Source: Clostridia bacterium (GTDB lineage: Bacteria > Bacillota > Clostridia > HGM11514). Taken from it: a stretch of 37,854 bases of DNA. The position numbers were made by a program, and so were the translations under genes. Below the pieces are notes generated by a model that saw nothing but the letters and a program-made list of their open reading frames with translations, ran no database searches and was not told the DNA's origin. The stretch spans positions 1 to 37,854 of the forward strand of contig JAZNAU010000011.1 of NCBI GenBank assembly GCA_045586685.1, written 5' to 3'. This document shows positions 11,888-22,779 of this stretch, piece by piece (position 1 is the first letter of the stretch; the number at the start of each line of letters is the position of its first letter).

Positions 11888-12690
11888 TATAGTAAACTAA
11901 ATATCCAAGATAACAAGGGTACATTTGAAATCAGCCAGCTTGTTCCCCCAAACCATATCAGTAAGGAAAGAGGAAACAGATAAAACAACTTGGTTTCAGA
12001 AAGTTCAGTAGATACCTTGACGGCTGAATACAATGCAAGCACGCTCAGGACTATACCGCCAAACAATAGTAAGCAAACTGCACCGGGAACAAACGCACTC
12101 GTAACCGCTGTTACCATTCCTGAAAGCCCGTTTGCCAAAAGAGCCGTCCCCACCGCACCTGTCATTTTTGACAACCCTCTCTGGGTACCAAAACCGCCGG
12201 TCAATAAAATCAATAAGAAAATCAGAAATAAATCAGCTAACAGTACTGCTCCTGTCAACTGGAAAAACAGTACAAAAAGGCTGGAGCCTGAATGTGCCAA
12301 ATATTGTCCAAAAGGAATTGCCTGTTCAAAAAATCCCAGGCTATATCCTACCTGAACCCGTGCCGTCAGGTAAATACAAAATCCTCCTGCAATCAAAAGT
12401 GCTTGCAGAAAGCAGGATAATATTCCAACGCCTTTATCTCCAAATTCCCCCGCCTGTCTAATTGCTAAAATGGGTTGCCGAATAAAATGTGTCAGTACTG
12501 ATACAAACCGAGAAAAAAGAGTCGGTTCCTTTCTCCTAAAAATTTGTGGTGGGGGGGAATCAAAATTTAAAAACCCATCCGATGAATCTTCGATTTCCTC
12601 TGCAGATTCATGTACAGTAACTTCCTCTGAAACGAGGCAACTGCAAAGTTTCCCTTCTTCCAATTCTTTTCCGCAATATTTGCAAAACAT
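11887..12690 (-). CDS. Zinc-ribbon-containing multi-pass membrane protein (Yip1-like)
   Basis: MFCKYCG...CSC N-terminus, about 5 TM helices. Confidence 0.6.
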   Translation of the reverse strand: MFCKYCGKELEEGKLCSCLVSEEVTVHESAEEIEDSSDGFLNFDSPPPQIFRRKEPTLFSRFVSVLTHFIRQPILAIRQAGEFGDKGVGILSCFLQALLIAGGFCIYLTARVQVGYSLGFFEQAIPFGQYLAHSGSSLFVLFFQLTGAVLLADLFLIFLLILLTGGFGTQRGLSKMTGAVGTALLANGLSGMVTAVTSAFVPGAVCLLLFGGIVLSVLALYSAVKVSTELSETKLFYLFPLSLLIWFGGTSWLISNVPLLSWIFSLL

Positions 12691-12702
12691 GTGAAGTCTC
12701 CT

Positions 12703-13698
12703 TTACGGTAATAGTTTAATTTTGGACAAACCTTCCGGAGTTGAAATCAAAATTTGTCCGTTTTTTTCCGCTACAATAATATTTTCCAAACCAAGAATAC
12801 GGATTTTACTGTTGTCAGGGTACACCAGACAATCCTTGCAGTTAATCTGACGGCTGTCGCCTAACAACACATTTCCCTCTTCATCTGTTTGCTCCGCATA
12901 ATGCTGATGTAGGGAAAGAAACCCGCCTAAATCAGACCATTCTGGATTTACAGGAAGCACAGCAACATTTTCCGATTGTTCCAAAACCCCTATATCCACT
13001 GAAATAACAGGACACGCCTTTACCGCTTGGGTAGGTTCCATACAAGCAAAAGCTTCAGATACAGGAGGACAATGAGCAGAAACCTCTCTTTGAAACAGCT
13101 CCGCATCAAACAGAAAAATACCGCTGTTCCAAAAATATCCTTCCCGCAAATATTTTTTTGCCGTTTCATAATCGGGTTTTTCACAAAATTGTTCCACACG
13201 AAACCCTGTTTCCACAGCAGTTCCCCGCTTTATGTAACCATATCCCGTTTCGGGACGGTCGGGTAAAATTCCAAAGGTCACAATAAACTCTTTTGCTAAT
13301 TTCACCGCTCTCATGATTGCATGGGTAAGCACCTCAGGTTGTCCGACAGAATGGTCACAAGGAAGTGCCGCAATGGTACCCCCTCCTCGTTTCAAAATTT
13401 CCTGAACGCCCAACATCAAAGCAGGAAGTGTTCCTCTGGGAGCGGGTTCGAATAAAATATTTTCATCAGGAATCGAAACAGAAAGCTCCTCTAACTGTTC
13501 TTTAATTTGATCTGCATAAATCTGTCCTGTCAAAACAAGAATATGAGTGTCATCCGTAAATTCCAGACATCGTTTTACTGTGTGCTGAAACAGGGAATAT
13601 TTTTCTCCGCGCAGACGAATAAATTGCTTTGGATGGGAAACGGTAGAAAGAGGCCAAAGCCTTGTTCCGCCGCCGCCTGCCAACAATAATGCGTACAT
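12703..13698 (-). CDS. Mannose-1-phosphate guanylyltransferase
   Basis: LAGGGGTRLWPLS..HPKQF, PETGYGYI, FCEKP, WNSGIF, WSDLG. Confidence 0.9.
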   Translation of the reverse strand: MYALLLAGGGGTRLWPLSTVSHPKQFIRLRGEKYSLFQHTVKRCLEFTDDTHILVLTGQIYADQIKEQLEELSVSIPDENILFEPAPRGTLPALMLGVQEILKRGGGTIAALPCDHSVGQPEVLTHAIMRAVKLAKEFIVTFGILPDRPETGYGYIKRGTAVETGFRVEQFCEKPDYETAKKYLREGYFWNSGIFLFDAELFQREVSAHCPPVSEAFACMEPTQAVKACPVISVDIGVLEQSENVAVLPVNPEWSDLGGFLSLHQHYAEQTDEEGNVLLGDSRQINCKDCLVYPDNSKIRILGLENIIVAEKNGQILISTPEGLSKIKLLP

Positions 13699-13708
13699 TT
13701 TCTTCCTC

Positions 13709-14953
13709 CTAACGAATTTGTCCGTTTCCGTAAATAATATATTTGGTGGTGGTCAGTTCCTTTAAGCCCATGGGACCCCGGGCATGAATTTTCTGTGTAC
13801 TGATTCCGATTTCTGCACCAAAGCCAAACTCAAAGCCGTCGGTAAAGCGAGTAGAGGCATTGACATACACTGCTGCCGAGTCCACCTGCTGTAAAAATTT
13901 CTGAGATGCGGCATAATTTTCTGTTATGATTGCCTCAGAATGACGGGTGCTGTATTTTGCAATATGGTCGATTGCCTCGTCTATATCCTCCACCACTTTT
14001 ACTGCCAGTATATAATCTAAAAATTCTGTTTGATAATCCTCCTCTGTGGCGGGAGTACATAAAATCACCTTACAGGTTTCCTCACATCCCCGCAGTGTCA
14101 CCCCTGCTTTTTTCAAGGCATCAAAGGCAACAGGTAAAAATTCTTTTGCTTTTGCCCTGTGCACCAACAAGGTTTCTGCTGCATTGCAGACAGAAGGACG
14201 GGACGCTTTGGCATTGACAATAATCTCTGTTGCCATTTGTACATCTGCACTTTCGTCCACATATACATGACAGTTCCCTGTCCCTGTTTCAATCACGGGG
14301 ACGGTAGCGTTTTGCACCACGGAAGATATCAAGCCCGCTCCTCCCCGGGGAATCAGCACGTCAATTAAGCCGTTGGCTTTCATCATTGCAGTTGCGGTTT
14401 CCCGGTCAGTGTCTTCCACTAAGGAAACACAAGAACCGGGAAGTCCCGCCTCCTCCAGTGCCAGACACATCACCTTTGCAATCATTTTATTAGAACAGAT
14501 AGCATCACTTCCACCACGCAAAATCACGGCATTTCCTGATTTTAAACAAAGTGCCGCTGCATCTGCCGTCACATTGGGACGGGACTCGTAAATAATCCCG
14601 ATGACACCCAACGGAACCCGCTTTTGGCCAATGGTGAGTCCGTTGGGACGCTGCCACATAGACAGCACCTCTCCCACGGGGTCAGGGAGTGCCGCCACTT
14701 GACGAACTCCCTCTGCCATTCCCTTGATTCTTTCTTGGTCCAATTTCAGCCGATCCAACATTTGCTTACGTGTTCCTTTTTGAACCGCCTTTTCAATATC
14801 AATTTCATTTTCCTTTATTATCAAGTCGGCATTTTCTATTAAGGCATCTGCAATAGCAAAGAGAGCCTTGTTCTTTTCTCCTGAAGAGCTGACTGCCAGC
14901 ACTCTTGCCGCTTTTCTTGCCTCTTTGCCTAAACGTTCTATCAATTCATTCAT
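13709..14953 (-). CDS. proA: Gamma-glutamyl phosphate reductase
   Basis: [39 protein letters not shown]; start moved to ATG 14953 after GAGG. Confidence 0.97.
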   Translation of the reverse strand: MNELIERLGKEARKAARVLAVSSSGEKNKALFAIADALIENADLIIKENEIDIEKAVQKGTRKQMLDRLKLDQERIKGMAEGVRQVAALPDPVGEVLSMWQRPNGLTIGQKRVPLGVIGIIYESRPNVTADAAALCLKSGNAVILRGGSDAICSNKMIAKVMCLALEEAGLPGSCVSLVEDTDRETATAMMKANGLIDVLIPRGGAGLISSVVQNATVPVIETGTGNCHVYVDESADVQMATEIIVNAKASRPSVCNAAETLLVHRAKAKEFLPVAFDALKKAGVTLRGCEETCKVILCTPATEEDYQTEFLDYILAVKVVEDIDEAIDHIAKYSTRHSEAIITENYAASQKFLQQVDSAAVYVNASTRFTDGFEFGFGAEIGISTQKIHARGPMGLKELTTTKYIIYGNGQIR

Positions 14954-14957
14954 TGTG

Positions 14958-15743
14958 TTATCCTCTTTTCCGGAATAAAGTTCCCTTAAAGTCCCCTTCA
15001 AAAATATCAAATAAAATTTCAGGATTTTCTCCGTTTGCAATAATCATGTCACAACCTGCGTTTGTTGCAATTTCAGCGGCAGCTAATTTGGTCACCATTC
15101 CACCTGTACCTCGACGGGAGCCTGCACCGCTGGCACCCTTTTTGATTTCCTCTGTAATTTCTTTTACTACAGGAATGAGGACTGCATCCCCGTATTGATG
15201 GGGGTCCTTGTCATAAAGACCGTCTATATCAGAAAGCAGAATTAACAAATCCGCACCAATCAGCTTAGCAACCAATGCAGATAAGGTATCATTGTCACCA
15301 AATTCAATTTCTTCGGTGGCAACCGTATCGTTTTCATTCACAATAGGAATTGCTTCATATTCCATTAACTGGTCAAATGTGTTGGTAACATTCTGCTTTT
15401 TCAGTTCCGTTTCCAAGTCTGCCTTGGTCAGCAGAATTTGGGCAACCGTCTGACAGTATTCTGCAAAAAAACGGTCGTAAATAGACATAAGCTCGCATTG
15501 ACCCACAGCCGCAACCGCCTGTTTTCCCTGCATGGTTTTGGGCTTTGCTTTTAAGGAAAGTTTTCCCACGCCTACTCCCATTGCACCGGAAGAAACCAAC
15601 ACCACATCATATCCCCGGTTTTTCAAATCAGCAAGGCAACGAACCAACAGCTCTATCCGACGCAAATTCAGTTTTCCGTTACTGTATGTGAGCGTAGAGG
15701 TTCCCACCTTTACCACAACTCGTTTTATTTCTTCTAAATTCAT
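14958..15743 (-). CDS. proB: Glutamate 5-kinase (no PUA domain)
   Basis: [35 protein letters not shown]; start 15743 or 15752. Confidence 0.96.
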   Translation of the reverse strand: MNLEEIKRVVVKVGTSTLTYSNGKLNLRRIELLVRCLADLKNRGYDVVLVSSGAMGVGVGKLSLKAKPKTMQGKQAVAAVGQCELMSIYDRFFAEYCQTVAQILLTKADLETELKKQNVTNTFDQLMEYEAIPIVNENDTVATEEIEFGDNDTLSALVAKLIGADLLILLSDIDGLYDKDPHQYGDAVLIPVVKEITEEIKKGASGAGSRRGTGGMVTKLAAAEIATNAGCDMIIANGENPEILFDIFEGDFKGTLFRKRG

Positions 15744-15863
15744 CTTTTTCATTCCTTTGTAAATGTTCTTTCTTCTATTTTACAATCTTTTCAAAAAATA
15801 TGCAATACTTTTTTATCAAATAAGGCTTTCTTTTTAAATATTTGTGTTAAAAAATTTTTTTCC

Positions 15864-15892
15864 TTGACATAAAATTGATTTTATGATACAAT
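15864..15892 (+). promoter_or_regulatory. sigma-A promoter of the riboswitch-mntP unit
   Basis: TTGACA-17-TACAAT with TG. Confidence 0.75.
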
Positions 15893-15913
15893 AAAAGCAA
15901 TTTTTAAAACTTA

Positions 15914-16033
15914 CATAAGGGAGTAGTCAGCGTTTATAAGACGTGACTTAGCCAACATCTTGGAATCATTTGTTCCTGGCTATGTATTAAATGACGAGAC
16001 TTATCTGTAACAAAAACAGATATGTCTTTTTTT
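15914..16033 (+). ncRNA. yybP-ykoY (Mn2+) riboswitch with overlapping terminator
   Basis: ATAAGGGAGTAG...GCCAACA...TGGC...GACGAGACTTAT; terminator AGACTTATCTGT...ACAGATATGTCTTTTTTT; upstream of mntP. Confidence 0.85.
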
Positions 16034-16053
16034 ATCCCTGAGAAAGGAGAATT

Positions 16054-16623
16054 GTGGTGAGTCCTTTAGAACTATTCATTTTAGCCGTAGGTCTTTCTAT
16101 GGATGCTTTTGCAGTAGCCATATGTAAAGGTCTTTCCGTGGGAAAAACAAAATGGAAACACTGTGCGTTGTGCGGTTTGTATTTTGGTGGATTCCAAGGA
16201 TTAATGCCCTTAATTGGATACATTTTAGGAAAGCAATTCAGCTCTCTGATTACTGGAATTGACCATTGGCTTGCCTTTCTTTTACTGATCATCATCGGCA
16301 TCAGTATGATTCGTGAATCAAAAGGGGAAGCGGAAAACCTAAACCCGTCTTTTTACCCTCGCACCATGCTCCCATTAGCCATTGCTACCAGTATTGATGC
16401 ATTGGCTGTGGGTGTTACCTTTGCATTTTTACAGGTTCGCATTATTCCTGCAGTGTCCTTTATCGGTATTATTACCTTTTTATTCGGTATCGCAGGTGTG
16501 AAAATCGGAAGTGTTTTCGGAGTGAAATTCAAATCAAAGGCAGAGATGGCAGGCGGAATTATTTTAATCGGAATGGGTTTGAAAATTCTATTGGAGCATA
16601 CCGAATTTTTCAGGCATTTCTAA
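16054..16623 (+). CDS. mntP: Manganese efflux pump
   Basis: [19 protein letters not shown], 6 TM. Confidence 0.93.
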   Translation: MVSPLELFILAVGLSMDAFAVAICKGLSVGKTKWKHCALCGLYFGGFQGLMPLIGYILGKQFSSLITGIDHWLAFLLLIIIGISMIRESKGEAENLNPSFYPRTMLPLAIATSIDALAVGVTFAFLQVRIIPAVSFIGIITFLFGIAGVKIGSVFGVKFKSKAEMAGGIILIGMGLKILLEHTEFFRHF

Positions 16624-16645
16624 TGCATGAGCGAGGTAAACCAAT

Positions 16646-17164
16646 ATGATAAAAGAAGAAAATTCCTGTTGTTTTACAGGACACAGAAAAATTGAAAAAG
16701 AGAAGATTTCAAATCTGTCAGACCAGCTTTATCGTGAAATTTTACGTCTGTTCCATTCAGGTGTAACCCATTTTTATGCAGGAGGTGCATTGGGTTTTGA
16801 TACCTTAGCGGCAAGAACGGTTCTGGCAGTAAAGCAACAACACAGATCCATTAAACTTCATTTGATTCTCCCTTGCAAAAATCAGGATAAATATTGGAGC
16901 ACTGCCGATCATTTTATGTATCAAAAGCTGTTATGGGAAAGCGATTCTGTTCAGTATGTTTCAGAAAATTATAATTCAGGCTGTATGCATGAGCGAAACC
17001 GCCGTTTGGTGGATAGTTGCAACTATTGTATTTGCTATCTGAAATCGGAAAAAGGCGGTACTGCATATACCGTTAACTATGCCCGTAAAAAAGGCTTAAC
17101 CATTATCAATTTGGCAGATGATACCATTCAAACTACTTTTTTTAAATGTCAATACCACCAGTAA
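16646..17164 (+). CDS. SLOG superfamily protein (DUF1273/YpsA-like)
   Basis: CCFTGHR, GGALGFD, RNRRLVD, GGTAYTV. Confidence 0.85.
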   Translation: MIKEENSCCFTGHRKIEKEKISNLSDQLYREILRLFHSGVTHFYAGGALGFDTLAARTVLAVKQQHRSIKLHLILPCKNQDKYWSTADHFMYQKLLWESDSVQYVSENYNSGCMHERNRRLVDSCNYCICYLKSEKGGTAYTVNYARKKGLTIINLADDTIQTTFFKCQYHQ

Positions 17165-17186
17165 CTGGTGGTATTGACATTTAAAA
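17140..17186. terminator. Perfect 22-bp inverted repeat around the SLOG stop codon (likely bidirectional terminator)
   Basis: TTTTAAATGTCAATACCACCAG-TAA-CTGGTGGTATTGACATTTAAAA. Confidence 0.7.
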
Positions 17187-17206
17187 TTTTAATTTTCTTT
17201 ACCTTC

Positions 17207-18857
17207 TTGTGTCAAGATAGATGAACAGTAAATAATAGGGCCTGCTATTTTTGGCTTTTATATTTCACTGATTTTTTAAACAAAAATCTTTAGAATCAAT
17301 ATTGGGTTTTCCCGCTCCAATATTATATGATTTATTATCGGCATACTAATTTTTTGAATTTTATCCCTTAAGATCAACCATATTATTTTGAAACTTTGGA
17401 ACGGTTATAAAATACGAAACTGACAGTGTAATAATAGATAAAACCCAACCAATAGGCCAGATCAAGTACAAAAAGGTAAGTGTTGGATATAATGGGAATA
17501 TACAGTAAACCCAGAAAAAACGTATTAGGCACATAAATACTAACGTTGATACTGTAGGTATAATCGGCTTACCCATGGCTTTGAGTGTTGCACCCATAAC
17601 CTCGTTAATTCCCGTTATAAAATATGTACTTGAAATAATAATCATTTTTTGACACGAATATTCTATGACTGCAGGAGTTGTAGACATTAATGACGAAAGT
17701 TGTCTACTGAAAATTGCTGATAAAGAACCAAACCCTGCCCCGAAAATAGTAGTAATAAGTATCGCATTTAAAATTGCTTTTTTTGCTCTTTCCAGATTTT
17801 TTGCGCCTATATTTTGCGCAATATACGGCATCGCTGCAAGTGAAGTAGCAATTGAAATCTGATATAGTATTCCGTCAAATTGATTTGCAATAGAAACTCC
17901 TGTAGATGCATCAGGGCCAAAGCCATTAACAGCTGTAACAATTACGGCGTTTGCCAAAGAATATAACGCTGTCTGCATACCTGTCGGGATTCCAATAAAT
18001 AATATAGATTTCAGTTCCGAAGAGTAAAATCTAAATCTGTTCCAACTAAATTTTGTTACAGTGTCATTTTTAAGTAATGCGAAAAGCACAAGTCCACTCA
18101 TGATAGTATTTGAAACAATAGTCGAGATTCCAACACCAGCAATTGTCATATTTAATACTGTAATGAAAAAATAATTCAATATTATTTTTATAACCCCGCC
18201 TATTATCAAAAAATATAAAGGTCTCTTTGTATCTCCGCCCGACCTCAATATTGATGCACAAAAATTATAAAGAAGCAACATCGGAGCGCCAAGAAAATAT
18301 AGTCTAAAATACAACACTGCCTGGCTCAGCAAAGTTTCCGGACAGTTTATCATTTTTAAAAATACATCTGCCAAACTTACACCTATTACAGAGAGAGTAA
18401 CCCCGCCTATAATAGAAAACAAAATTGCTGTACCAATAGCTTTTTCGGTGGATTCTTTATCTCCACGGCCAATGGCTCTTGCAACCACAACATTTGCTCC
18501 TGTCGAAACACCAATAAAAAGTCCCGTGCATAAAGAAATGAGCGTAGAACATATGCCAACAGCTCCAACTACCGCATCATTTGTAAACTTGCCCAAAATC
18601 ATCATATCTATGAGATTGATCATGTTTTGAATAACATTCATTAACATAATAGGTATTGCAAGTGAAATCAATCCTTTAAAAATGGATCCTGACAACATAT
18701 CAACATTTTTTCTTCTTAACATTTTAAAATTTTTCTCCCTCTGTCAGTATATTTTATCCTGTTATTGTGAGCCGTTTTTATGTAAAGTTTGTGTCATGTC
18801 AGGAGAACAGTAAATAATCGGACCTACTGTTTTCAGCCCGATTATTTACTAATTTTC
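17207..18857. repeat. Degenerate about 70 bp repeat flanking the MATE gene (17207-17277 and 18789-18857)
   Basis: TTGTGTCA-N8-GAACAGTAAATAAT in both; second copy forms the hairpin AGTAAATAATCGG...CCGATTATTTACT. Confidence 0.6.
17361..18722 (-). CDS. MATE family efflux transporter
   Basis: About 12 TM, SILRSGGDTKRPL, IAQNIGAKN; visibly AT-rich. Confidence 0.92.
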   Translation of the reverse strand: MLRRKNVDMLSGSIFKGLISLAIPIMLMNVIQNMINLIDMMILGKFTNDAVVGAVGICSTLISLCTGLFIGVSTGANVVVARAIGRGDKESTEKAIGTAILFSIIGGVTLSVIGVSLADVFLKMINCPETLLSQAVLYFRLYFLGAPMLLLYNFCASILRSGGDTKRPLYFLIIGGVIKIILNYFFITVLNMTIAGVGISTIVSNTIMSGLVLFALLKNDTVTKFSWNRFRFYSSELKSILFIGIPTGMQTALYSLANAVIVTAVNGFGPDASTGVSIANQFDGILYQISIATSLAAMPYIAQNIGAKNLERAKKAILNAILITTIFGAGFGSLSAIFSRQLSSLMSTTPAVIEYSCQKMIIISSTYFITGINEVMGATLKAMGKPIIPTVSTLVFMCLIRFFWVYCIFPLYPTLTFLYLIWPIGWVLSIITLSVSYFITVPKFQNNMVDLKG

Positions 18858-19140
18858 TTTTAACACTTTGCCGTTACAACTCGCAAGAATACTGATTTTT
18901 CTCACTATTGTATCATATCATAAATATTGAAAAATGAAACGATAATCTGTAAAAAAATGTTTTGGGGGAGACATCATTATACCAGTCAATAACAGATCCT
19001 TCTCCCTGATAGCCTTAAACATTTTTTAAGGGGTTTGTGAAAATGCTGAGCAGACGGAGACTAGATATTCAAATTTTTAATGTACTTAATCATTACAACT
19101 TCCGCCTTTGCATTTCCGATAAGCCCAAAAATCTCAGATG

Positions 19141-20178
19141 TTAATCATCAAGTCCGAGTCCTCTCAAGTCGGCAATTGTGCCTGCTTTCTCTGCGTCATA
19201 CATCTTCCATACAATACGTAATCCCGCAAGGGCAGATTTAGCATCTGTAAGCGGTTTTTTACCGTTGTTGATACAATCTGCGAAATGCTTGATTTCATGC
19301 TGTGTTTCCTTTGATATGCCTCCGTCTCTTTTCCAGATTTCTTTGTATGCTCTTTGTTCTGCAAGTCCCGGTACATGCTCTACAGATGCATCATAAAGCT
19401 TTATTACACCTGCAATATGATCATAATCAAGCAAGCCTTTTTCTGTATGTACTTGGAAATCATATCCAAGTCTTGTACCTCTTGCACCCCATGTTGCCCC
19501 GTGGTAACCAACGGCACCGTTCTCGAACTGGAATATTGCCTCGCTTGTTCCTTCTCTCATAAGCCACGGTGTACCTATTCTTGTGCCGAAGTGTACACCC
19601 TTTACGGGCTTACCAAGGAACCAGAGCAGTATGTCAACATAGTGGCAACCATGACTGAAGAACTGTCCGCCGCCGAGACGTGCATCGCTTTTCCAGCTTC
19701 CTTCTGGAGTTCTTGTAAGCTGTTCTGTCCATATAGACATCTGCATGACCTTGCCGTATTCGCCGGAATCTATCAACTCTTTCAGTTTAACTACGCCCGG
19801 CCAGTAACGAACAGGGTATGCACACATAAGTACAACGCCCTCTTCTTCACATGTTTCCATAAGCTTTATGCACTCTTCTTCAGAATTGCACAAGGGCTTT
19901 TCCATAAGAATATGTTTTTTATTACGTGCAAAAAACATTCCGCATTCAAAATGAAGATGATGAGGCAGAACGCAAAGAATAGCATCAACTTTATCTACCA
20001 TGGTTTTATAATCATCTGTAACATATGGATTGTTTAGAACCGATGCAACATCTTGAGCTCTTTCAATTTCGACATCACATACTGCCGTAATTTCAACGCT
20101 TTCAACCATATTTACTCCTTGCGCATGATTTTTCATCATGCCTCCACAACCTATAAGTCCAAGTCTTATTTTTTTCAT
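19141..20178 (-). CDS. Gfo/Idh/MocA family oxidoreductase
   Basis: GLIGCG, HILMEKP, GGGQFFSHGCH. Confidence 0.92.
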   Translation of the reverse strand: MKKIRLGLIGCGGMMKNHAQGVNMVESVEITAVCDVEIERAQDVASVLNNPYVTDDYKTMVDKVDAILCVLPHHLHFECGMFFARNKKHILMEKPLCNSEEECIKLMETCEEEGVVLMCAYPVRYWPGVVKLKELIDSGEYGKVMQMSIWTEQLTRTPEGSWKSDARLGGGQFFSHGCHYVDILLWFLGKPVKGVHFGTRIGTPWLMREGTSEAIFQFENGAVGYHGATWGARGTRLGYDFQVHTEKGLLDYDHIAGVIKLYDASVEHVPGLAEQRAYKEIWKRDGGISKETQHEIKHFADCINNGKKPLTDAKSALAGLRIVWKMYDAEKAGTIADLRGLGLDD

Positions 20179-20337
20179 TTCTTTTCTTTCCTTTCTTGAC
20201 TTTTAAATTTTTTTGATGTAAAATATAAATATATTATACATCTTAGTTGTACACATAAACATTATCATATATAATCTGAAATGTATTTGTACAAAAAAGT
20301 CTTTTTTTTAAATTATTCATCAAAAAGGGGTATGAAT

Positions 20338-21207
20338 ATGGCTGACTATATAAAAACATCCTTTTCAGACGTTATATCCATAGACGCGGTCATTACAGTA
20401 TTTCATAATGAGCTATATGGCTCAGAACCAGTAGGTGAATCACATGATTTTTGGGAATTTATATATGTAGACAGCGGAACTTTTGAAGTATCAATAGATA
20501 ATAATATGTATACTGTCGAGGAAGGGCAAATGATAACCTATGCCCCTTATGCATTTCATATCGGCTCCAAACCAAATGTTGTAAAACTAAATGTAGTTAG
20601 CTTTGAATCAACATCAGACGTAATGTCGTACTTTGCAAACAAAGTAATCACCCTTTCGGGAACACAACGCCAGATTCTTTCGCAAATTATCTCTATTGGA
20701 GAAAAGTGTTTTAAAAAACAATTTGATGATCCGCAACAAAAAGGAATGGTGCCCCGTGAAGAAACAGATAATTTCACACTGCAGAGTTTAAAAAATAAGT
20801 TAGAGCTTTTACTTATCGATATCTATGTGAAGAACGAAAGCACAAGTTCAAAGCCGAAAAATTCCAATTATGAAAACTACAGTAGTAACATTTTTGATAT
20901 GGTAACTCAATATTTGCAAAATCACATTAGCGAAACTCTATCACTTGAAGATATTTGTAATAATTGCGGAATCAGTCTTTCTACCCTTAAAAGAGTGTGT
21001 AAAAGTCACTGCGGAATGTCACCTATGTCATATTATATTTCGCTGAAAATAGACGCCGCAAAGGCTATGATTTGTGATACGGATTTGAATTTTACTCAGA
21101 TTTCAGAAAAATTAGGCTTTTCATCTGTACATTATTTTTCAAAACTGTTTAAGAATAGGGTGGGAGTTTCTGCATCCCAATACGCAAAGTCAGTTTATAA
21201 GCAATAA
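20338..21207 (+). CDS. AraC family transcriptional regulator (cupin plus HTH)
   Basis: GESHDFWEFIYV, LGFSSVHYFSKLFK; divergent from the oxidoreductase. Confidence 0.92.
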   Translation: MADYIKTSFSDVISIDAVITVFHNELYGSEPVGESHDFWEFIYVDSGTFEVSIDNNMYTVEEGQMITYAPYAFHIGSKPNVVKLNVVSFESTSDVMSYFANKVITLSGTQRQILSQIISIGEKCFKKQFDDPQQKGMVPREETDNFTLQSLKNKLELLLIDIYVKNESTSSKPKNSNYENYSSNIFDMVTQYLQNHISETLSLEDICNNCGISLSTLKRVCKSHCGMSPMSYYISLKIDAAKAMICDTDLNFTQISEKLGFSSVHYFSKLFKNRVGVSASQYAKSVYKQ

Positions 21208-21484
21208 GCTTTTATCTCTCAAAAAAGCGATACTTATCCAAATTTTATGGCGTAGATGATATAGATGCCGTTCGGTTTTTTGGAGACTATCCTAAATTTT
21301 GTGTAAAGTCTGCACAAGACCTCCAGAATGATATGTAATAAAAATATCATTTTGGAGGTTTTAATTTTGCCAAAGTACAAATGAAGTCCCATCGAGAGGA
21401 CAGCAGAAAAGGAAAGAAACTTTGCGGTATTGAAAGGATATGAGTGCTTTTTTTGTTGAATTTTGAAAAAAGCGGTGTAAATCG

Positions 21485-21513
21485 TTGACAAAACATGTAA
21501 AAAGAGATATAAT
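21485..21513 (+). promoter_or_regulatory. Consensus sigma-A promoter
   Basis: TTGACA-17-TATAAT. Confidence 0.85.
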
Positions 21514-21585
21514 TTAAAGTGATTGTTTTCTTATATTTTTATTATACTAACAGAGTAGATAGAAATTTTTTGAATGGATGTGTAA

Positions 21586-22767
21586 GTGGGAATGGATTTG
21601 AAAGAGAAATTTTTAAAGCTATATCCTAAAGAAAAAGAAATTCAGATTGCTTTTTGCCCTTATCGGGTTTGCCCGATTGGTGCTCATTCGGACCATCAAT
21701 ACGGAATGGTATCGGGATTTGCTATTGATAAGGGAATTGAAATTGCCTATGTTCCTTCTGATAACGGCGTTGTAGAACTGCAAAGTATGAATTTTGAAGG
21801 GAAAGTTCAGTTTCATATTCACGATGTTCCTCCTGTCAAACAAAATGATTGGGCAGATTATTTGAGAGGAGCAACTTTGTTTTTAGCAAAAAGATTTGAA
21901 ATAAAAAAGGGAATTTATGCATTGATTCAAGGTTCCCTGCCCATAGGAGGATTGTCTTCTTCGGCAGCAGTCATTCTGGCATATTTAAGCGCTCTTTGTA
22001 AAGCAAACCAACTCATGCTGTCCAAGGGTCAGCTCATTCAATTTGCATTAGAGGCAGAAAACCGCTATGTGGGTGTATCCTGTGGTAAACTGGATCAATC
22101 CTGTGAAGTTTATAGTAAAAAAGATCATTTGTTATATTTAGACACCAAGGATGACAGTTTTGAACTGATTCCCAAGAATCCAAACATGAAGCCCTTTGAA
22201 ATTGCCATTTTTTTCAGTGGGGTAGAAAGAAGTCTGGCAAGCTCTGCATTTAATATGCGTGTGGATGAGCTGAAGGCAGCGTCTTATGCACTAAAAGCAT
22301 TTGCGGGAATGGAGTACGGAAAATTTGAAGACAGCAGATTACGAGAGGTGCCCCGTGAAGTGTTTGAGACATATAAGGACAAGCTGCCTGAAAACTGGAG
22401 AAAACGTGCCACTCATTTTTATACAGAATTTGAACGGGTGAACAAAGGGGCAGAGGCGTGGAGAAGAGGCGATATCGAGACGTTAGGAAAACTCTCTTTT
22501 GAAAGCGGTCATAGTAGTATTTACGATTATGAAACGGGTTCTCCGGAGCTAAAAGCCATTTATGAAATTATGCTGGAAACTGACGGTATTTACGGTGGCC
22601 GATTCAGCGGTGCAGGATTTAAGGGTTGCTGTATGGCATTGATTGACCCGTCATTTGAAGAACGTATTAAGAAAACGGTAACCAATCGTTATTTGAAACA
22701 ATTTCCTCAATATAAAGGGAAATTTTCCGTCCATTTCTGTCAGTCGGCAGACGGATGTGAAGTATAA
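21586..22767 (+). CDS. GHMP sugar kinase, galacturonokinase-like
   Basis: PYRVCPIGAHSDHQ, GGLSSSAA, GGRFSGAGFKGC. Confidence 0.8.
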   Translation: MGMDLKEKFLKLYPKEKEIQIAFCPYRVCPIGAHSDHQYGMVSGFAIDKGIEIAYVPSDNGVVELQSMNFEGKVQFHIHDVPPVKQNDWADYLRGATLFLAKRFEIKKGIYALIQGSLPIGGLSSSAAVILAYLSALCKANQLMLSKGQLIQFALEAENRYVGVSCGKLDQSCEVYSKKDHLLYLDTKDDSFELIPKNPNMKPFEIAIFFSGVERSLASSAFNMRVDELKAASYALKAFAGMEYGKFEDSRLREVPREVFETYKDKLPENWRKRATHFYTEFERVNKGAEAWRRGDIETLGKLSFESGHSSIYDYETGSPELKAIYEIMLETDGIYGGRFSGAGFKGCCMALIDPSFEERIKKTVTNRYLKQFPQYKGKFSVHFCQSADGCEV

Positions 22768-22779
22768 AGGAGAAAAAAC

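Noticed and set aside
15753-15810. T-box leader for proBA
   Set aside because: A promoter-like TTGCAT-17-TAAAAT lies just upstream of the start, leaving no room for a leader.
16646-17164. SLOG gene as a defence component (Thoeris-like)
   Set aside because: Stand-alone DUF1273-type gene after mntP, with no TIR or SIR2 partner.
21234-21491. 85-aa minus-strand ORF
   Set aside because: No RBS or motif, and it overlaps a promoter.
21586-22767. Calling the kinase galK
   Set aside because: The GalK signature is replaced, and galT and galM are absent.
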